A stretch of 64,000 nucleotides of DNA from Escherichia coli (GCF_041886205.1 NZ_CP169029.1); one strand, 5' to 3'; shown: positions 1 to 10,901, counted from the stretch's first letter. Translations and numbers: made by a program. The notes: generated by a model from the sequence alone, not told the origin.

Positions 1-575
1 CCAAAACAGCACAGCAGCACATCGCCCGGCTGTGCCGCTGACAACGGCACCTGATACAGCCCCGTCGCCTCCAGATTGCGTTTCACCCACGAAGCATGGC
101 CGCCATTGTCACCAAGAAAATCCCCGCCCTGCGACATAGCGATGGAAAGAGCAGGTATTGATTCGTAGTACGCCAGCATTTCAGAAAGGATCGCATCCAG
201 TTTCCTTATCGGAAAATAGGCCTGGTCATAGTTGCGATCCACCCGAAACTGGAACTCGTGATAATCATCATCGAGCTGAATGAAGTATTTACACCCGACC
301 AGTTTTGCCAGGTCGAAACAGGCATTACGGGCGTAAAAAATTGAGCGGCGGTCACAGAAATTATCGGCTTCGTCAAAACGACTGGCGATATCGGCTTTGG
401 AAAACACCAGCACCTGTTCACCAAATTCAGCCATGTACTGATGCCGTGTCTTATCTTCATCATCAACAACGATAAAAATTTTCCCGGTATAGCCAGCACG
501 ACGCAACGTCCGGTAAGTCAGAACTTTGTCCGGTCGCCCGTGAGTCAGAATAAAGGCGCAAAAATCATCACGCAT
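1..575 (-). CDS. Hypothetical protein, N-terminal ~191 aa only (gene continues past window start); weak GT-A-like motif pattern
   Basis: Own translation of the minus strand from ATG at 573-575: MRDDFCAFILTHGRPDKVL...IFIVVDDEDK...YFIQLDDDY. Start overlaps the stop of the upstream ParB-like gene (ATGCGTGA). Not in the ORF track because there is no stop inside the window. Confidence 0.5.
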   Translation of the reverse strand, partial: MRDDFCAFILTHGRPDKVLTYRTLRRAGYTGKIFIVVDDEDKTRHQYMAEFGEQVLVFSKADIASRFDEADNFCDRRSIFYARNACFDLAKLVGCKYFIQLDDDYHEFQFRVDRNYDQAYFPIRKLDAILSEMLAYYESIPALSIAMSQGGDFLGDNGGHASWVKRNLEATGLYQVPLSAAQPGDVLLCCF

Positions 576-1359
576 ATTCCTCCTCCTCACCACCATGCAT
601 GATCTCCACCATGCGCTGCGTCATCCGGACAAATCCATTTTCAATAGCCTGCTGATAATCAATGATCACCAGCGCCGACTCCTCGAAAAAACACTGAATT
701 TCAGCGGGGGCGTGAGCGTAATAGTCCGCAATTCTGCTGAAATTAAACACCGTGTGACGTTCTGCCGCACACAGGAGGAATTTCTCAATATCAGGCTCAA
801 GGGAAGCCAAACGTATCCGGCTGATCAGCTCCTGCGTTTTCGTATCGTCGTACAGTTCACTGATATCCGGTTTACCGCCCGACGGCTCATAAACAGGCGT
901 ATCAATTTTCGTCGTATACGGCTCCTCCTCATTTCCTGTACCGGGCAAAACATCCGTCAACAGTTCATCAATTTCTGTCGGGATGAAGCCTGTCAGGGAG
1001 ACATCAAAATCAGCATTGATTAGGTCCGACAGCTCCATCCGCAACAGATCTTCATCCCAGCCAGCATTCATCGGCAGGCGATTATCTGCCAGGCGGTACG
1101 CCTTTTTCTGCTCATCCGTCAGGCCAGACAGAACAATGACCGGAACAGAATCCATTTTGAGCATTTCAGCCGCCATAACACGACCGTGACCCGCAATAAT
1201 TTCGCCCTTTTCGTCAATCAGCACCGGATTAGTCCAGCCGAATTGCTTAATACTTTCTACCAGTTGTGCCACCTGCTCAGGGCTGTGCGTCCTGGCGTTG
1301 TGCGCATACGGTGACAATTCTTGTAATGGGCGATAGACTATCTTTAATTTCTCGCTCAT
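568..1359 (-). CDS. ParB-like nuclease domain (ParB/Srx fold) protein, 263 aa
   Basis: N-terminal ~100 aa resemble the ParB N-terminal domain (…AGHGRVMAA…); C-terminal 150 aa unrecognised. Good RBS (AAGGATG) before ATG. Position after trkG mirrors the Rac-prophage arrangement. Confidence 0.6.
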   Translation of the reverse strand: MSEKLKIVYRPLQELSPYAHNARTHSPEQVAQLVESIKQFGWTNPVLIDEKGEIIAGHGRVMAAEMLKMDSVPVIVLSGLTDEQKKAYRLADNRLPMNAGWDEDLLRMELSDLINADFDVSLTGFIPTEIDELLTDVLPGTGNEEEPYTTKIDTPVYEPSGGKPDISELYDDTKTQELISRIRLASLEPDIEKFLLCAAERHTVFNFSRIADYYAHAPAEIQCFFEESALVIIDYQQAIENGFVRMTQRMVEIMHGGEEEEYA

Positions 1360-1496
1360 ACATCCTTGCTTTATGAATAAAACGCACCCCAGCAGCCAGT
1401 GCTACTGGGGGCGGAGGTGTTGCTGGTAAAGTTAGGTATTGGATCAATGAGTGAGTCAACATAATATTAAACTCACAATTATAAATCAGCCATATA

Positions 1497-2954
1497 TTAG
1501 GAGCGCCAAAAAAAACCTGAAAACAAAATAATAACAGGATAAATTTCAAGGCGACCAAGAATCATAGCTATGCACATTAAATATTTTGCAATGTCATTAA
1601 GCACTCCGAATGACGATGCAGTAGCCCCAAAACCTAATCCCATATTATTAATACATGCAGCCACTGTTGCAAATGATGTAAGAAAATCATATCCCATACC
1701 ATTTAACACCAGTATAAAAAACACCGTGAAGAGAGTATAAAGAAAAAAGAAACTCCATACAGACCTCATTACACGATCTGTAACTATCTTCCCTCCTACA
1801 TTTACACTCAACAACGCTCTGGGATGAGAAAGCTGATTTATCTCGTGTTTGCTTTGTTTGAAAAGTATAAGAAATCGAAGTGACTTAATTCCACCACAAG
1901 TTGAACCTATACATCCCCCAAAGAAACTTGACAACAGCAAAAACACTATCGTGTGCGTGGGCCAGCTTGCATAATCCTGCATAGCTAAACCATTATCAGT
2001 GAGCATGGAGCTGGCAAGAAAAAACGAATGAATAAAACTTCCATGCAAGTCATACATACCTATATGCCAGACCTGGAAAGAGGTAACAATGATCACCCCT
2101 AAGGCTATTAACAGAAAGAAACGAAGTTCAATATCTCTGATTAAAGGTTTTATCGTTTTCCTGCTAATAACAATATACCAAAGAGTGAAGTTGAAAGCCG
2201 ATAGCAGGGAAAAAGAACCAGCCACCAGCTCAACCAAATAGTTATTAAAATATCCGATACTCTCGCTATGAGTTGAGAAACCACCAAGCGAAACTGTGGA
2301 AATCCCGTGACAAATAGCATCAAACAAAGGCATTCCTGCAAGTCTATAACAGACAATACAAGCAATACCTAATAAAGAATAAGTTATCCACAGTGTCCGT
2401 GACGTATCGGCCAGGCGGGGAGTGAGTTTGTCATCCTTAAATGGCCCCGGCATTTCTGACTGATAAAGCTTTGCACCACCAATACCCAATAATGGCAATA
2501 CAGCAACCGCCAGAACAATAACTCCTAAACCACCTATAAAATTTAACTGTGACCGATAGTACAAATATGCCCGAGGTAATGAACTAACATCATCAATTAC
2601 AGTTGCTCCTGTTGTTGTTATTCCAGAAACCCCTTCAAACAGAGCATCAATGAACGTTAAATTAAGTTCTGAGTCAATCCATAAAGGGAATGCACTAATA
2701 ACAGAAAACAAAATCCAAAACATTACAATTATAATAAACCCATCACGGGTACGTAATTGAATGCCAGATTTCTTAGTTGTATACCACGCTCCGCCACCAA
2801 TGCAAAAAAATATAACGAAAGTTATAAAGAAAACGAACAGGCTTTTTTCTTTATAAAACAATGCTACAACCATTGGTGGCAACATTGAAAGACTATAGAG
2901 CCAAACCAGGAACCCACACATATGAGTAACAACTCTTACATGAGATGTATTCAT
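1497..2954 (-). CDS. trkG: TrkG/TrkH-family potassium uptake membrane protein (prophage-borne)
   Basis: Translation from MNTSHVRVVTHMCGF… gives 485 aa, multi-pass membrane protein with Trk-type motifs; AT-rich codon usage. The ORF track starts 6 codons upstream (2972). Confidence 0.85.
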   Translation of the reverse strand: MNTSHVRVVTHMCGFLVWLYSLSMLPPMVVALFYKEKSLFVFFITFVIFFCIGGGAWYTTKKSGIQLRTRDGFIIIVMFWILFSVISAFPLWIDSELNLTFIDALFEGVSGITTTGATVIDDVSSLPRAYLYYRSQLNFIGGLGVIVLAVAVLPLLGIGGAKLYQSEMPGPFKDDKLTPRLADTSRTLWITYSLLGIACIVCYRLAGMPLFDAICHGISTVSLGGFSTHSESIGYFNNYLVELVAGSFSLLSAFNFTLWYIVISRKTIKPLIRDIELRFFLLIALGVIIVTSFQVWHIGMYDLHGSFIHSFFLASSMLTDNGLAMQDYASWPTHTIVFLLLSSFFGGCIGSTCGGIKSLRFLILFKQSKHEINQLSHPRALLSVNVGGKIVTDRVMRSVWSFFFLYTLFTVFFILVLNGMGYDFLTSFATVAACINNMGLGFGATASSFGVLNDIAKYLMCIAMILGRLEIYPVIILFSGFFWRS

Positions 2955-3091
2955 ATCTAAATATTCTTTCAATTATAACCACCTTGCTGCAATATTATGA
3001 TTATACTGTATAAAATTTAACTCCTCTTAGATCTTACTTCACTGTTCCTTATGAAACAATCATCAAAATGAATCATATTGTAGTTAAGATT

Positions 3092-3556
3092 TTACTTTAA
3101 ACACTGTTCGGTTATGTATTGCTGAGCACCTTCAAGTTGGGCCTGCATCATTACCAGTCGTTCCCGGAGGGTGAAATAATCCCGTTCAGCGGTGTCTGCC
3201 AGTCGGGGGGAGGCTGCATTATCCACGCCGGAGGCGGTGGTGGCTTCACGCACTGACTGACAGACTGCTTTGATGTGCAACCGACGACGACCAGCGGCAA
3301 CATCATCACGCAGAGCATCATTTTCAGCTTTCGCATCAGCTAACTCCTTCGTGTATTTTGCATCGAGCGCAGCAACATCACGCTGACGCATCTGCATGTC
3401 AGTAATTGCCGCGTTCGCCAGCTTCAGTTCTCTGGCATTTTTGTCGCGCTGGGCTTTGTAGGTAATGGCGTTATCACGGTAATGATTAACAGCCCATGAC
3501 AGGCAGACGATGATGCAGATAACCAGAGCGGAGATAATCGCGGTTACTCTGTTCAT
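3092..3556 (-). CDS. Rz i-spanin (lysis protein)
   Basis: [51 protein letters not shown]… closely matches lambda-family Rz. ATG overlaps the endolysin-frame stop. Confidence 0.85.
   Translation of the reverse strand: MNRVTAIISALVICIIVCLSWAVNHYRDNAITYKAQRDKNARELKLANAAITDMQMRQRDVAALDAKYTKELADAKAENDALRDDVAAGRRRLHIKAVCQSVREATTASGVDNAASPRLADTAERDYFTLRERLVMMQAQLEGAQQYITEQCLK
3151..3336 (-). CDS. Rz1 o-spanin lipoprotein, embedded in Rz in the +1 frame
   Basis: …[42 protein letters not shown]… with lipobox and proline-rich segment typical of Rz1. Exact start uncertain. Confidence 0.75.
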   Translation of the reverse strand: MRKLKMMLCVMMLPLVVVGCTSKQSVSQCVKPPPPPAWIMQPPPDWQTPLNGIISPSGNDW

Positions 3557-3570
3557 TGCTGACCCCACAA

Positions 3571-4050
3571 ACAGATTTCACGCTCAATCTCACGACGAGT
3601 CATGAGACCTTTCCATTGCTTACCGCCAGCATATGTCCAGCGACGTAGCTGATCACATGCGCCTTTGATATCGCCCTAGTTTATTTTGCGAAGAAGCGTC
3701 GATGTTCTGAAATTGCCAGCACCCACGTTGTAAACGAATGAGTAAAGAGCGCCGCGCATTGTTTCCGGTATATCGACTTTGATGTACGGGTTAATTTGTC
3801 TGGCGACCGTGGCAAGGTCTTTATTCAGGAGGGCTTTGCATTCTGCTTTGGTATACGTTTTACCGGGAATGATGTCTTTTCCTGTATGCCCGTGACATAC
3901 AGTCCATACACCAACAATATCTTTGTATGGTATGTAGCTGACACCTTCCAGACCATCGTTACCACTTGGGCCAGTAATTAACACTGATGCTATAGCAATT
4001 GCTCCGCCACCAATAGCAGCAGCAACGGCTTTTCGTAATGATGGAGGCAT
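3571..4050 (-). pseudogene. SAR-type endolysin (phage-21/DLP12 RrrD-like lysozyme) interrupted by an in-frame amber codon
   Basis: ORF ends at TAG (3676-3678) after 124 aa. The same frame continues for 34 more codons ([40 protein letters not shown]) to a TGA overlapping the Rz start. Looks like a CAG-to-TAG change. Confidence 0.7.
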
Positions 4051-4265
4051 TATTCACCTCTCGCAGCCTTGCGCTTATCTTCTTTAATCTTGAAATAAAG
4101 GTTTGTCAGGTACGTCAGCAGGCCAAATACCAGGCTACCCAGCACACCTATTGCTGCCCACTGTGAGGGCGTGACTTTATCGAGCAGCTGTAAAAACCAG
4201 TAACCGGCACTACCTGCTGAGGTGCCATAGGCGACACCCGTTGTTAACTTATCCATGGATTTCAT
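4050..4265 (-). CDS. Class II holin / pinholin (S21-like)
   Basis: [71 protein letters not shown]; two closely spaced Met starts as in phage-21 S. ORF-track start at 4310 is probably too far upstream. Confidence 0.8.
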
Positions 4266-4385
4266 AACCCCACCTCGCAGACAAAGCGGGTGTAAATTGA
4301 GGGAATACAACGTATCGCAAAAAAGCAGAAACGTAACAGACTCGGAGTCAGTGAATAACTCAGGTATTGGGTTATCAGCTAATAT

Positions 4386-4426
4386 CGAGACTCAAAAAAT
4401 GGAAAAACCCGCTCGACGGCGGGTTT
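4386..4426 (-). terminator. Candidate rho-independent terminator on the minus strand just upstream of the holin (possible tR'-like element)
   Basis: Minus-strand hairpin AAACCCGCCGTCGAGCGGGTTT followed by TTCCATTTTTTGAG. Confidence 0.4.
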
Positions 4427-4852
4427 AAGCTGTGTGACGAAGTAACCACTCTTAACAGCATAACCAATTTTTTACGTACGTAAACCACTAAATGATATTT
4501 GCGAGAATGCTACCGAGTATTGAAAACACCACTACAAATACATAAGCAAATCTCAACAAATAACCAACAAATAATTTCCAGCGTTATTTTTAGCTGGTTT
4601 AAATTGAACCTTCAAATTATAGAGCACTTATAAATAACAGCCATTAATATAAATTGGCTAATAGATTTATTTTTATTCAGCCAAGAGCCATGAATAGGAT
4701 TCGATAGAAAAAGTTCAGATAAAAATAGAGATCTACTTCACAAATCAAATGAGAAACCAAAACTTACATCTTGAAATAATCACATTGATTAGATGAATAT
4801 TTATCGCGCAGTGACATCATTTTTTAATAATAGTTCAAAAAAAGGGCTCACG

Positions 4853-5935
4853 ATGAAAAAATTAACAGTGGCAATTTCTGCTGTAGCTGCATCAGTACTG
4901 ATGGCGATGTCTGCTCAGGCAGCTGAAATTTATAATAAAGACAGTAACAAGCTGGATCTGTACGGGAAAGTTAATGCTAAGCACTACTTCTCCTCTAATG
5001 ATGCAGATGATGGTGATACTACTTATGCCCGTCTTGGCTTCAAAGGTGAAACCCAAATCAACGATCAACTGACTGGTTTCGGTCAGTGGGAATATGAATT
5101 CAAAGGCAACCGCGCTGAATCTCAAGGTTCCTCCAAAGATAAAACCCGTCTTGCCTTCGCTGGCCTGAAATTCGGTGACTACGGCTCCATCGATTATGGC
5201 CGTAACTACGGTGTAGCATACGATATTGGTGCATGGACCGACGTTCTGCCAGAATTCGGTGGCGATACCTGGACCCAAACAGATGTATTCATGACTGGTC
5301 GCACCACAGGTGTTGCAACTTATCGTAACAATGACTTCTTTGGTCTGGTTGATGGTCTGAACTTTGCTGCTCAGTATCAGGGTAAAAATGACCGCACTGA
5401 CGTAACTGAAGCTAATGGTGATGGTTTCGGTTTCTCCACTACTTATGAGTATGAAGGATTCGGTGTAGGTGCAACCTATGCTAAATCTGACCGCACTAAT
5501 AATCAGGTTATCTACGGTAACAACAGCCTGAATGCATCTGGTCAAAATGCTGAAGTATGGGCAGCTGGTCTGAAATATGATGCGAACAACATCTATCTGG
5601 CTACCACCTATTCTGAAACCCAGAACATGACTGTTTTTGGTAATAACCATATTGCCAACAAAGCACAAAACTTCGAAGTAGTTGCACAATATCAGTTCGA
5701 CTTCGGTCTGCGTCCGTCCGTTGCTTACCTGCAATCTAAAGGAAAAGACTTGGGTGCGTGGGGTGATCAGGACCTGGTTGAATATATTGATGTAGGTGCA
5801 ACCTATTACTTCAACAAAAATATGTCCACTTTTGTTGATTACAAAATCAACCTGATTGATAAGAGCGATTTCACGAAAGCATCTGGCGTTGCTACCGATG
5901 ATATCGTTGCTGTAGGTATGGTTTACCAGTTCTAA
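4853..5935 (+). CDS. nmpC: Outer-membrane general porin of the OmpC/OmpF/NmpC (phage Lc) family; appears intact
   Basis: [23 protein letters not shown] signal peptide, C-terminal …VGMVYQF, typical porin composition. Sits between Q and S on the opposite strand, as in DLP12 and PA-2. Confidence 0.8.
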   Translation: MKKLTVAISAVAASVLMAMSAQAAEIYNKDSNKLDLYGKVNAKHYFSSNDADDGDTTYARLGFKGETQINDQLTGFGQWEYEFKGNRAESQGSSKDKTRLAFAGLKFGDYGSIDYGRNYGVAYDIGAWTDVLPEFGGDTWTQTDVFMTGRTTGVATYRNNDFFGLVDGLNFAAQYQGKNDRTDVTEANGDGFGFSTTYEYEGFGVGATYAKSDRTNNQVIYGNNSLNASGQNAEVWAAGLKYDANNIYLATTYSETQNMTVFGNNHIANKAQNFEVVAQYQFDFGLRPSVAYLQSKGKDLGAWGDQDLVEYIDVGATYYFNKNMSTFVDYKINLIDKSDFTKASGVATDDIVAVGMVYQF

Positions 5936-6072
5936 TTTGATTACTAAAAGATATGTTGCGGGAGGCTTTGCCTCCCCAACATATAAGTGGCTCCCTCAAG
6001 CCACTTCCTTTAGGAGCACAACCTTGCTTCTAACTATATAAACCTTCTGTTATATATTACCCTTTATTTTTG

Positions 6073-6100
6073 GGGGCGTCTCAACGCCCCATTTTTAATA
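6073..6100 (+). terminator. Rho-independent terminator downstream of the porin gene
   Basis: GGGGCGTCTCAACGCCCC hairpin followed by ATTTTTAATAATTTTT. A second long hairpin (ATGTTGCGGGAGGCTTTGCCTCCCCAACAT) lies at 5957-5988. Confidence 0.5.
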
Positions 6101-6123
6101 ATTTTTAGTAAACAATTGGCATA

Positions 6124-6507
6124 TTAATTAGAGTTATTAACAACGATATCCATCTCTAACCGGATATCTAATGCCATTAACATCCCTTCAATTATGCCCT
6201 CAGCCTTCTGTAACCTTTTCCCGATATAACCATCAGAGCAGCAATGCTTACCTGCCAGTGACATGAATGTCATACCGACTACATAATAATCTACTAATAA
6301 ATCGTGCAAATCGCTGTTGTTCTTTTTCAGACGGGCCATGCACCCGCAAATAATCATCGCGTCATCGTCACAACATTGCGGGCGAGATTTTACTTTTGAA
6401 GTAATTAATCCCTTAAAACCGGCGGCAATGGACGACCAGGTCACATCTTCATGATTATTAGCCGCCCACGCTCCCCAACGCTCAAGAACCATCTGAATAT
6501 CACGCAT
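6124..6507 (-). CDS. quuD: Q-type late-gene antiterminator (DLP12 QuuD-like)
   Basis: [34 protein letters not shown]…[16 protein letters not shown]…; the ORF track extends 5 codons upstream. Confidence 0.8.
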   Translation of the reverse strand: MRDIQMVLERWGAWAANNHEDVTWSSIAAGFKGLITSKVKSRPQCCDDDAMIICGCMARLKKNNSDLHDLLVDYYVVGMTFMSLAGKHCCSDGYIGKRLQKAEGIIEGMLMALDIRLEMDIVVNNSN

Positions 6508-6592
6508 CAACTTACTCCACAAAAATCAGACCAGAACGCCAATTACAAGCAAAAATCAACGAAACAGTATTAGTTGATTGTTATCTCTGACT

Positions 6593-6730
6593 TCATACTC
6601 CTGCTCCTGTCAGGGTTTTGGCGTAATTCTTCAGTATTCGGTAATCGGTCAAAACAGAACCGGGGAAACGATATAAGCGCAGACGCCCCCAGCGGTGGCG
6701 AAGACGTTCTGCCATATAAAACTCAAACAT
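6593..6730 (-). CDS. ylcG: Small nin-region ORF (YlcG-like, 45 aa)
   Basis: Own translation [48 protein letters not shown] overlaps the rusA stop (TGATG). Below the ORF-track size cut-off. Confidence 0.5.
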   Translation of the reverse strand: MFEFYMAERLRHRWGRLRLYRFPGSVLTDYRILKNYAKTLTGAGV

Positions 6731-7092
6731 CATTCATTCCCCATTTCGGTGATGGTCAGTTCCAGCCTCCCACCTTTGGTAACAGGCATCTTCACAACGC
6801 GGTAATCAACGACCTGAGCATCATCCAGCCAGAAACCTGCTTTAGTGAGTGCGTCAAAAGCGGCTTTTTGCAGATTATCCAGGTCACGGCGACGGCGATC
6901 CGGCATGTGGCACTCAATGCGGATTTTCACAGGCATAGCCAAGCCGATATCCAGCATTGCGTTTTTAATGATTCGGGCGACGTTATCGCGGTATGCCTGC
7001 CCCTCTGCGCTGACGTGCGTGCGCCCGCGATTATGGCGGTAATAGCGATTATTGCTCGGAGGCCAGGGTAATGTGATGCTGTAGGTATTCAC
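6730..7092 (-). CDS. rusA: RusA Holliday-junction resolvase
   Basis: [108 protein letters not shown]… 120 aa. Confidence 0.9.
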   Translation of the reverse strand: MNTYSITLPWPPSNNRYYRHNRGRTHVSAEGQAYRDNVARIIKNAMLDIGLAMPVKIRIECHMPDRRRRDLDNLQKAAFDALTKAGFWLDDAQVVDYRVVKMPVTKGGRLELTITEMGNE

Positions 7093-7379
7093 GCCTTAAT
7101 AACCCCCTCTTTCAGCCAGATAACCTGTGTTCTCGCCATACCTTCCAGCGCGCATTCTTTTGCATATGCAGCATCGACAAAATGTGTGCGGCGGTCGATT
7201 TCGTCGTGGCAGGCAGAACATGCAATGGTGGCAATCAGGTCTGGCGGTTTGGTACCGGTGCCGCACAATCCAGTCAGCCGGATATGTGCCAGTACAGACG
7301 TTTCAGGGTTACCATTACATACGCCAGGGATTCTTACCTGGCATTCCCGACTACGCGCTGCTTTTCTCAAATCAGCCAT
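7089..7379 (-). CDS. ybcO: Nin-region protein YbcO-like (96 aa)
   Basis: [67 protein letters not shown]…; ORF track starts further upstream at 7418. Confidence 0.75.
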   Translation of the reverse strand: MADLRKAARSRECQVRIPGVCNGNPETSVLAHIRLTGLCGTGTKPPDLIATIACSACHDEIDRRTHFVDAAYAKECALEGMARTQVIWLKEGVIKA

Positions 7380-7542
7380 GATTCCTCCTTGCTGCCAGTC
7401 GCAACCATTTTTTATCAACCAGGCTGGCGGTATATCCGAGCAGTGTTGGTATTTCGGAAGGTTTCAGCTCCGGTTTACGCTTACGACGATTTGGTACTCT
7501 GTAGATGTGTCCGTTCATGACACGAATAAGCGGTGTAGCCAT
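7372..7542 (-). CDS. ninE: NinE-like protein (56 aa)
   Basis: Own translation [56 protein letters not shown]; start overlaps ybcN stop, stop overlaps ybcO start. Confidence 0.75.
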   Translation of the reverse strand: MATPLIRVMNGHIYRVPNRRKRKPELKPSEIPTLLGYTASLVDKKWLRLAARRNHG

Positions 7543-7951
7543 TACGCCTCCTGCTTGTCACGGAGCTGCTGGAACTCGCAGCTCTGCGGAATAGTCAGAT
7601 GGCAGCCAATATTCACCGCCCAGGCTTCAACCTTACACAGGAAGACATACATCTCTCCGGTATCAAGATCGGAGGTATGGCGTAACGACTGGATAGTGGT
7701 GATATCACCGGTTACGACATCAACCAGGTCTTTGGTTTCATAACCGAGATATGTGTGTTTGAGAGCATCTTTTACCCAAGCTGGAGTGGCGAACGTTTTA
7801 CCCCTGCTGATGAGGTATTCACTGATTTCGCTGTACCACATGTGGCTGAGTGCATTCTGGGAAAGACTGCGTTTCTCACGCCACGGTTTAAGCACCATGA
7901 ACCGCCCCGGGAATCCTGGAGACTAAACTTCCTGAGAAAGAGGTAAACAGG

Positions 7952-8274
7952 ATGACTAAAAATACTCGTTTTTCCCCCGAAGTCCGTCAACGGGCAGTCC
8001 GTATGGTTCTGGAAAGTCAGAGCGAATATGACTCACAATGGGCGACAATTTGTTCCATTGCTCCAAAGATTGGCTGTACGCCGGAGACTCTGCGTGTCTG
8101 GGTTCGCCAGCATGAGCGGGATACCGGGGGCGGTGATGGAGGGCTCACCACCGCTGAACGTCAGCGTCTGAAAGAGCTGGAACGTGAAAATCGTGAACTG
8201 CGCCGCAGTAACGATATCCTTCGCCAGGCTTCCGCTTATTTTGCGAAGGCGGAGTTCGACCGCCTCTGGAAAAA

Positions 8275-8278
<4 letters not shown>
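7952..8278 (+). CDS. IS3-family transposase OrfA (HTH + leucine zipper)
   Basis: [60 protein letters not shown]…. Confidence 0.85.
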
Positions 8279-9166
<888 letters not shown>

Positions 9167-9270
9167 GTTCACAGATAAAACACTCTCCAGGAAACCCGGG
9201 GCGGTTCACCATGCGAAAGCATTTGCCCTCCTCCAGATAAGGCTGGATCTGCCGACCGATAGCGGTGAAG

Positions 9271-9558
9271 TTACCGCGATGTAATTTTATGCCGTCTTGT
9301 GGGAGGTTCACGCTTCACCTCCGCAGAGGCCAAACGCTGGATGCAAAAAATCGCAGGTGCATTTCTGCATCTGTGAATGGAGAAGATAGGTTGGTTTGTA
9401 TGTGCGCATAACCCCAAATCTTCATACGTTACGGTATCAAGGTAATAATCACTATTTACCTTTAGCCATTCAGTAATAAGCCTTCTCTGGCGGTTTAATG
9501 AATCACCAGACATCTGACCTGGTGATGAAAATCGCATATATGCTATGGCTTTTTTCAT
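9271..9558 (-). pseudogene. 5' fragment of a serine recombinase / resolvase gene (DLP12 YbcK-like)
   Basis: First ~50 aa (MKKAIAYMRFSSPGQMSGDSLNRQRRLITEWL…) look like a resolvase catalytic N-terminus; the rest is non-homologous and overlaps the ybcN start, implying a deletion junction. Confidence 0.5.
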
Positions 9559-9813
9559 GGTGACACCTGCTAAAGTATGCTTTTATAAACCTTAGTGGTG
9601 AGATATGATTTTTGTTTAATTTTTATTTAAAAAGACAATTAAGGTCACATTATCTTGAATATACAACAATAATCGCATTGCAATTTTCTTACACCATAAT
9701 CCTGAAAGCACAAAAGAATGAATAAAAACTAAAGACATTAACAAAAAGCATAAAACGAGGCCCATATAAATATACGAACCTCCATATTTTAGTCGTTTAA
9801 AAACAAATTATTT

Positions 9814-10146
9814 TTAATGTGGTGTGCTTCGTGACAATAAATTAATAACCAACACACCGGCACAAATCAACATCATGCCTATAATGGCTGGCAGGTCCAA
9901 CCGTTGGCCGAAAAATCCCCATGATAGTAAGCTAATCAGGACAATACCGACTCCTGACCAGATAGCATAAGCAATCCCTGTAGGAATATAAGCCAGCGTC
10001 TGAGCTAATAACCAGAATGATGCACAATAACAAATAATTGTACCAACAGATGGCCATAACCGTGTAAAACCTTCTGAAAACTTCATTAAGGTTGTACCAA
10101 TGACCTCTGCAAGTATTGCACCACCAAGATAAATATAAGGATTCAT
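9814..10146 (-). CDS. emrE: Small multidrug resistance efflux protein EmrE (110 aa)
   Basis: MNPYIYLGGAILAEVIGTTLMKFSEGFTRLWPSVGTIICYCASFWLLAQTLAYIPTGIAYAIWSGVGIVLISLLSWGFFGQRLDLPAIIGMMLICAGVLVINLLSRSTPH; the ORF track starts 18 codons upstream. Confidence 0.9.
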   Translation of the reverse strand: MNPYIYLGGAILAEVIGTTLMKFSEGFTRLWPSVGTIICYCASFWLLAQTLAYIPTGIAYAIWSGVGIVLISLLSWGFFGQRLDLPAIIGMMLICAGVLVINLLSRSTPH

Positions 10147-10213
10147 AGCATATTCTTTCCTGTTCAAACTGGAGAGAATTGTACTACAGTTTGAACTCAA
10201 CTCACCTGTTTCA

Positions 10214-10516
10214 TCATTGTGTACCCATTGATGTTCTTTTATATACCCTCAATACCCGTTTCATCGCGGCACTCTGGCGACACTCCTTAAAAATCAAATT
10301 CGTGCTCACCTTTCCTTCCCATTCTTCTCTGGTAGCGAACCGATAATACACCGTTCGCCAGACCTTACCATCAACGACCAGGATTCCTGCCCGCGCCATT
10401 TTAGCCGCAGCCTGATTTATGCTGGTTACCGTTGCGCCTGTTACCGCGGCAACGTCCTGCGCACAGAATTTCTTATGAGTCCCCAGGTAATGAATAATTG
10501 CCTCTTTGCCCGTCAT
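10214..10516 (-). CDS. ren: Lambda Ren-like protein
   Basis: MTGKEAIIHYLGTHKKFCAQDVAAVTGATVTSINQAAAKMARAGILVVDGKVWRTVYYRFATREEWEGKVSTNLIFKECRQSAAMKRVL…. Confidence 0.8.
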   Translation of the reverse strand: MTGKEAIIHYLGTHKKFCAQDVAAVTGATVTSINQAAAKMARAGILVVDGKVWRTVYYRFATREEWEGKVSTNLIFKECRQSAAMKRVLRVYKRTSMGTQ

Positions 10517-10901
10517 ACCCTTGCTCCTTTCAGCCCAAACTTAGCTTTGATTTCTGCGATCTTCGCCAGAGCCTGTGCACGATTTAGAGGTCTACCGCCC
10601 ATGACAGGAAGTTGTTTTACTGGTTCAGGTATAGCCTCACCACGGTTAATTCGCGCGGTCATACAGGCCAGTTCATCGGCAGCCTTGCGCCGTAATTCCG
10701 CGTCAGTCAACGCATTGGCCCGCATGTTCTGGTAGCCAGGCTCGCCGGGAAAGTTGCCAGTAACTGGCTGAACACACCATTGATGATCTGCGCTACCAGC
10801 TGTACCTGCGGCTTTTCGTCGTACTGTTCCGGCATGTTATTGGCGATCCGACGCATCTGCTCACGGTCAAAGTTAACCATCTGTGCGGCGATGTTTTTCA
10901 T
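10513..10901 (-). pseudogene. P: Replication protein P with an internal out-of-frame deletion
   Basis: N-terminal fragment MKNIAAQMVNFDREQMRRIANNMPEQYDEKPQVQ…ATFPASLA (10707-10901) and C-terminal fragment …YQNMRANALTDAELRRKAADEL…AKFGLKGARV (10513-10725) lie in different frames, joined near 10730. Confidence 0.75.

Noticed and set aside
4892-5734. 280-aa ORF on the minus strand
   Set aside because: Antisense to the porin gene, which has a clear signal peptide and porin sequence; no independent support.
6574-7071. 165-aa ORF on the plus strand spanning the ylcG-rusA region
   Set aside because: Overlaps well-supported minus-strand rusA and ylcG; no recognisable product.
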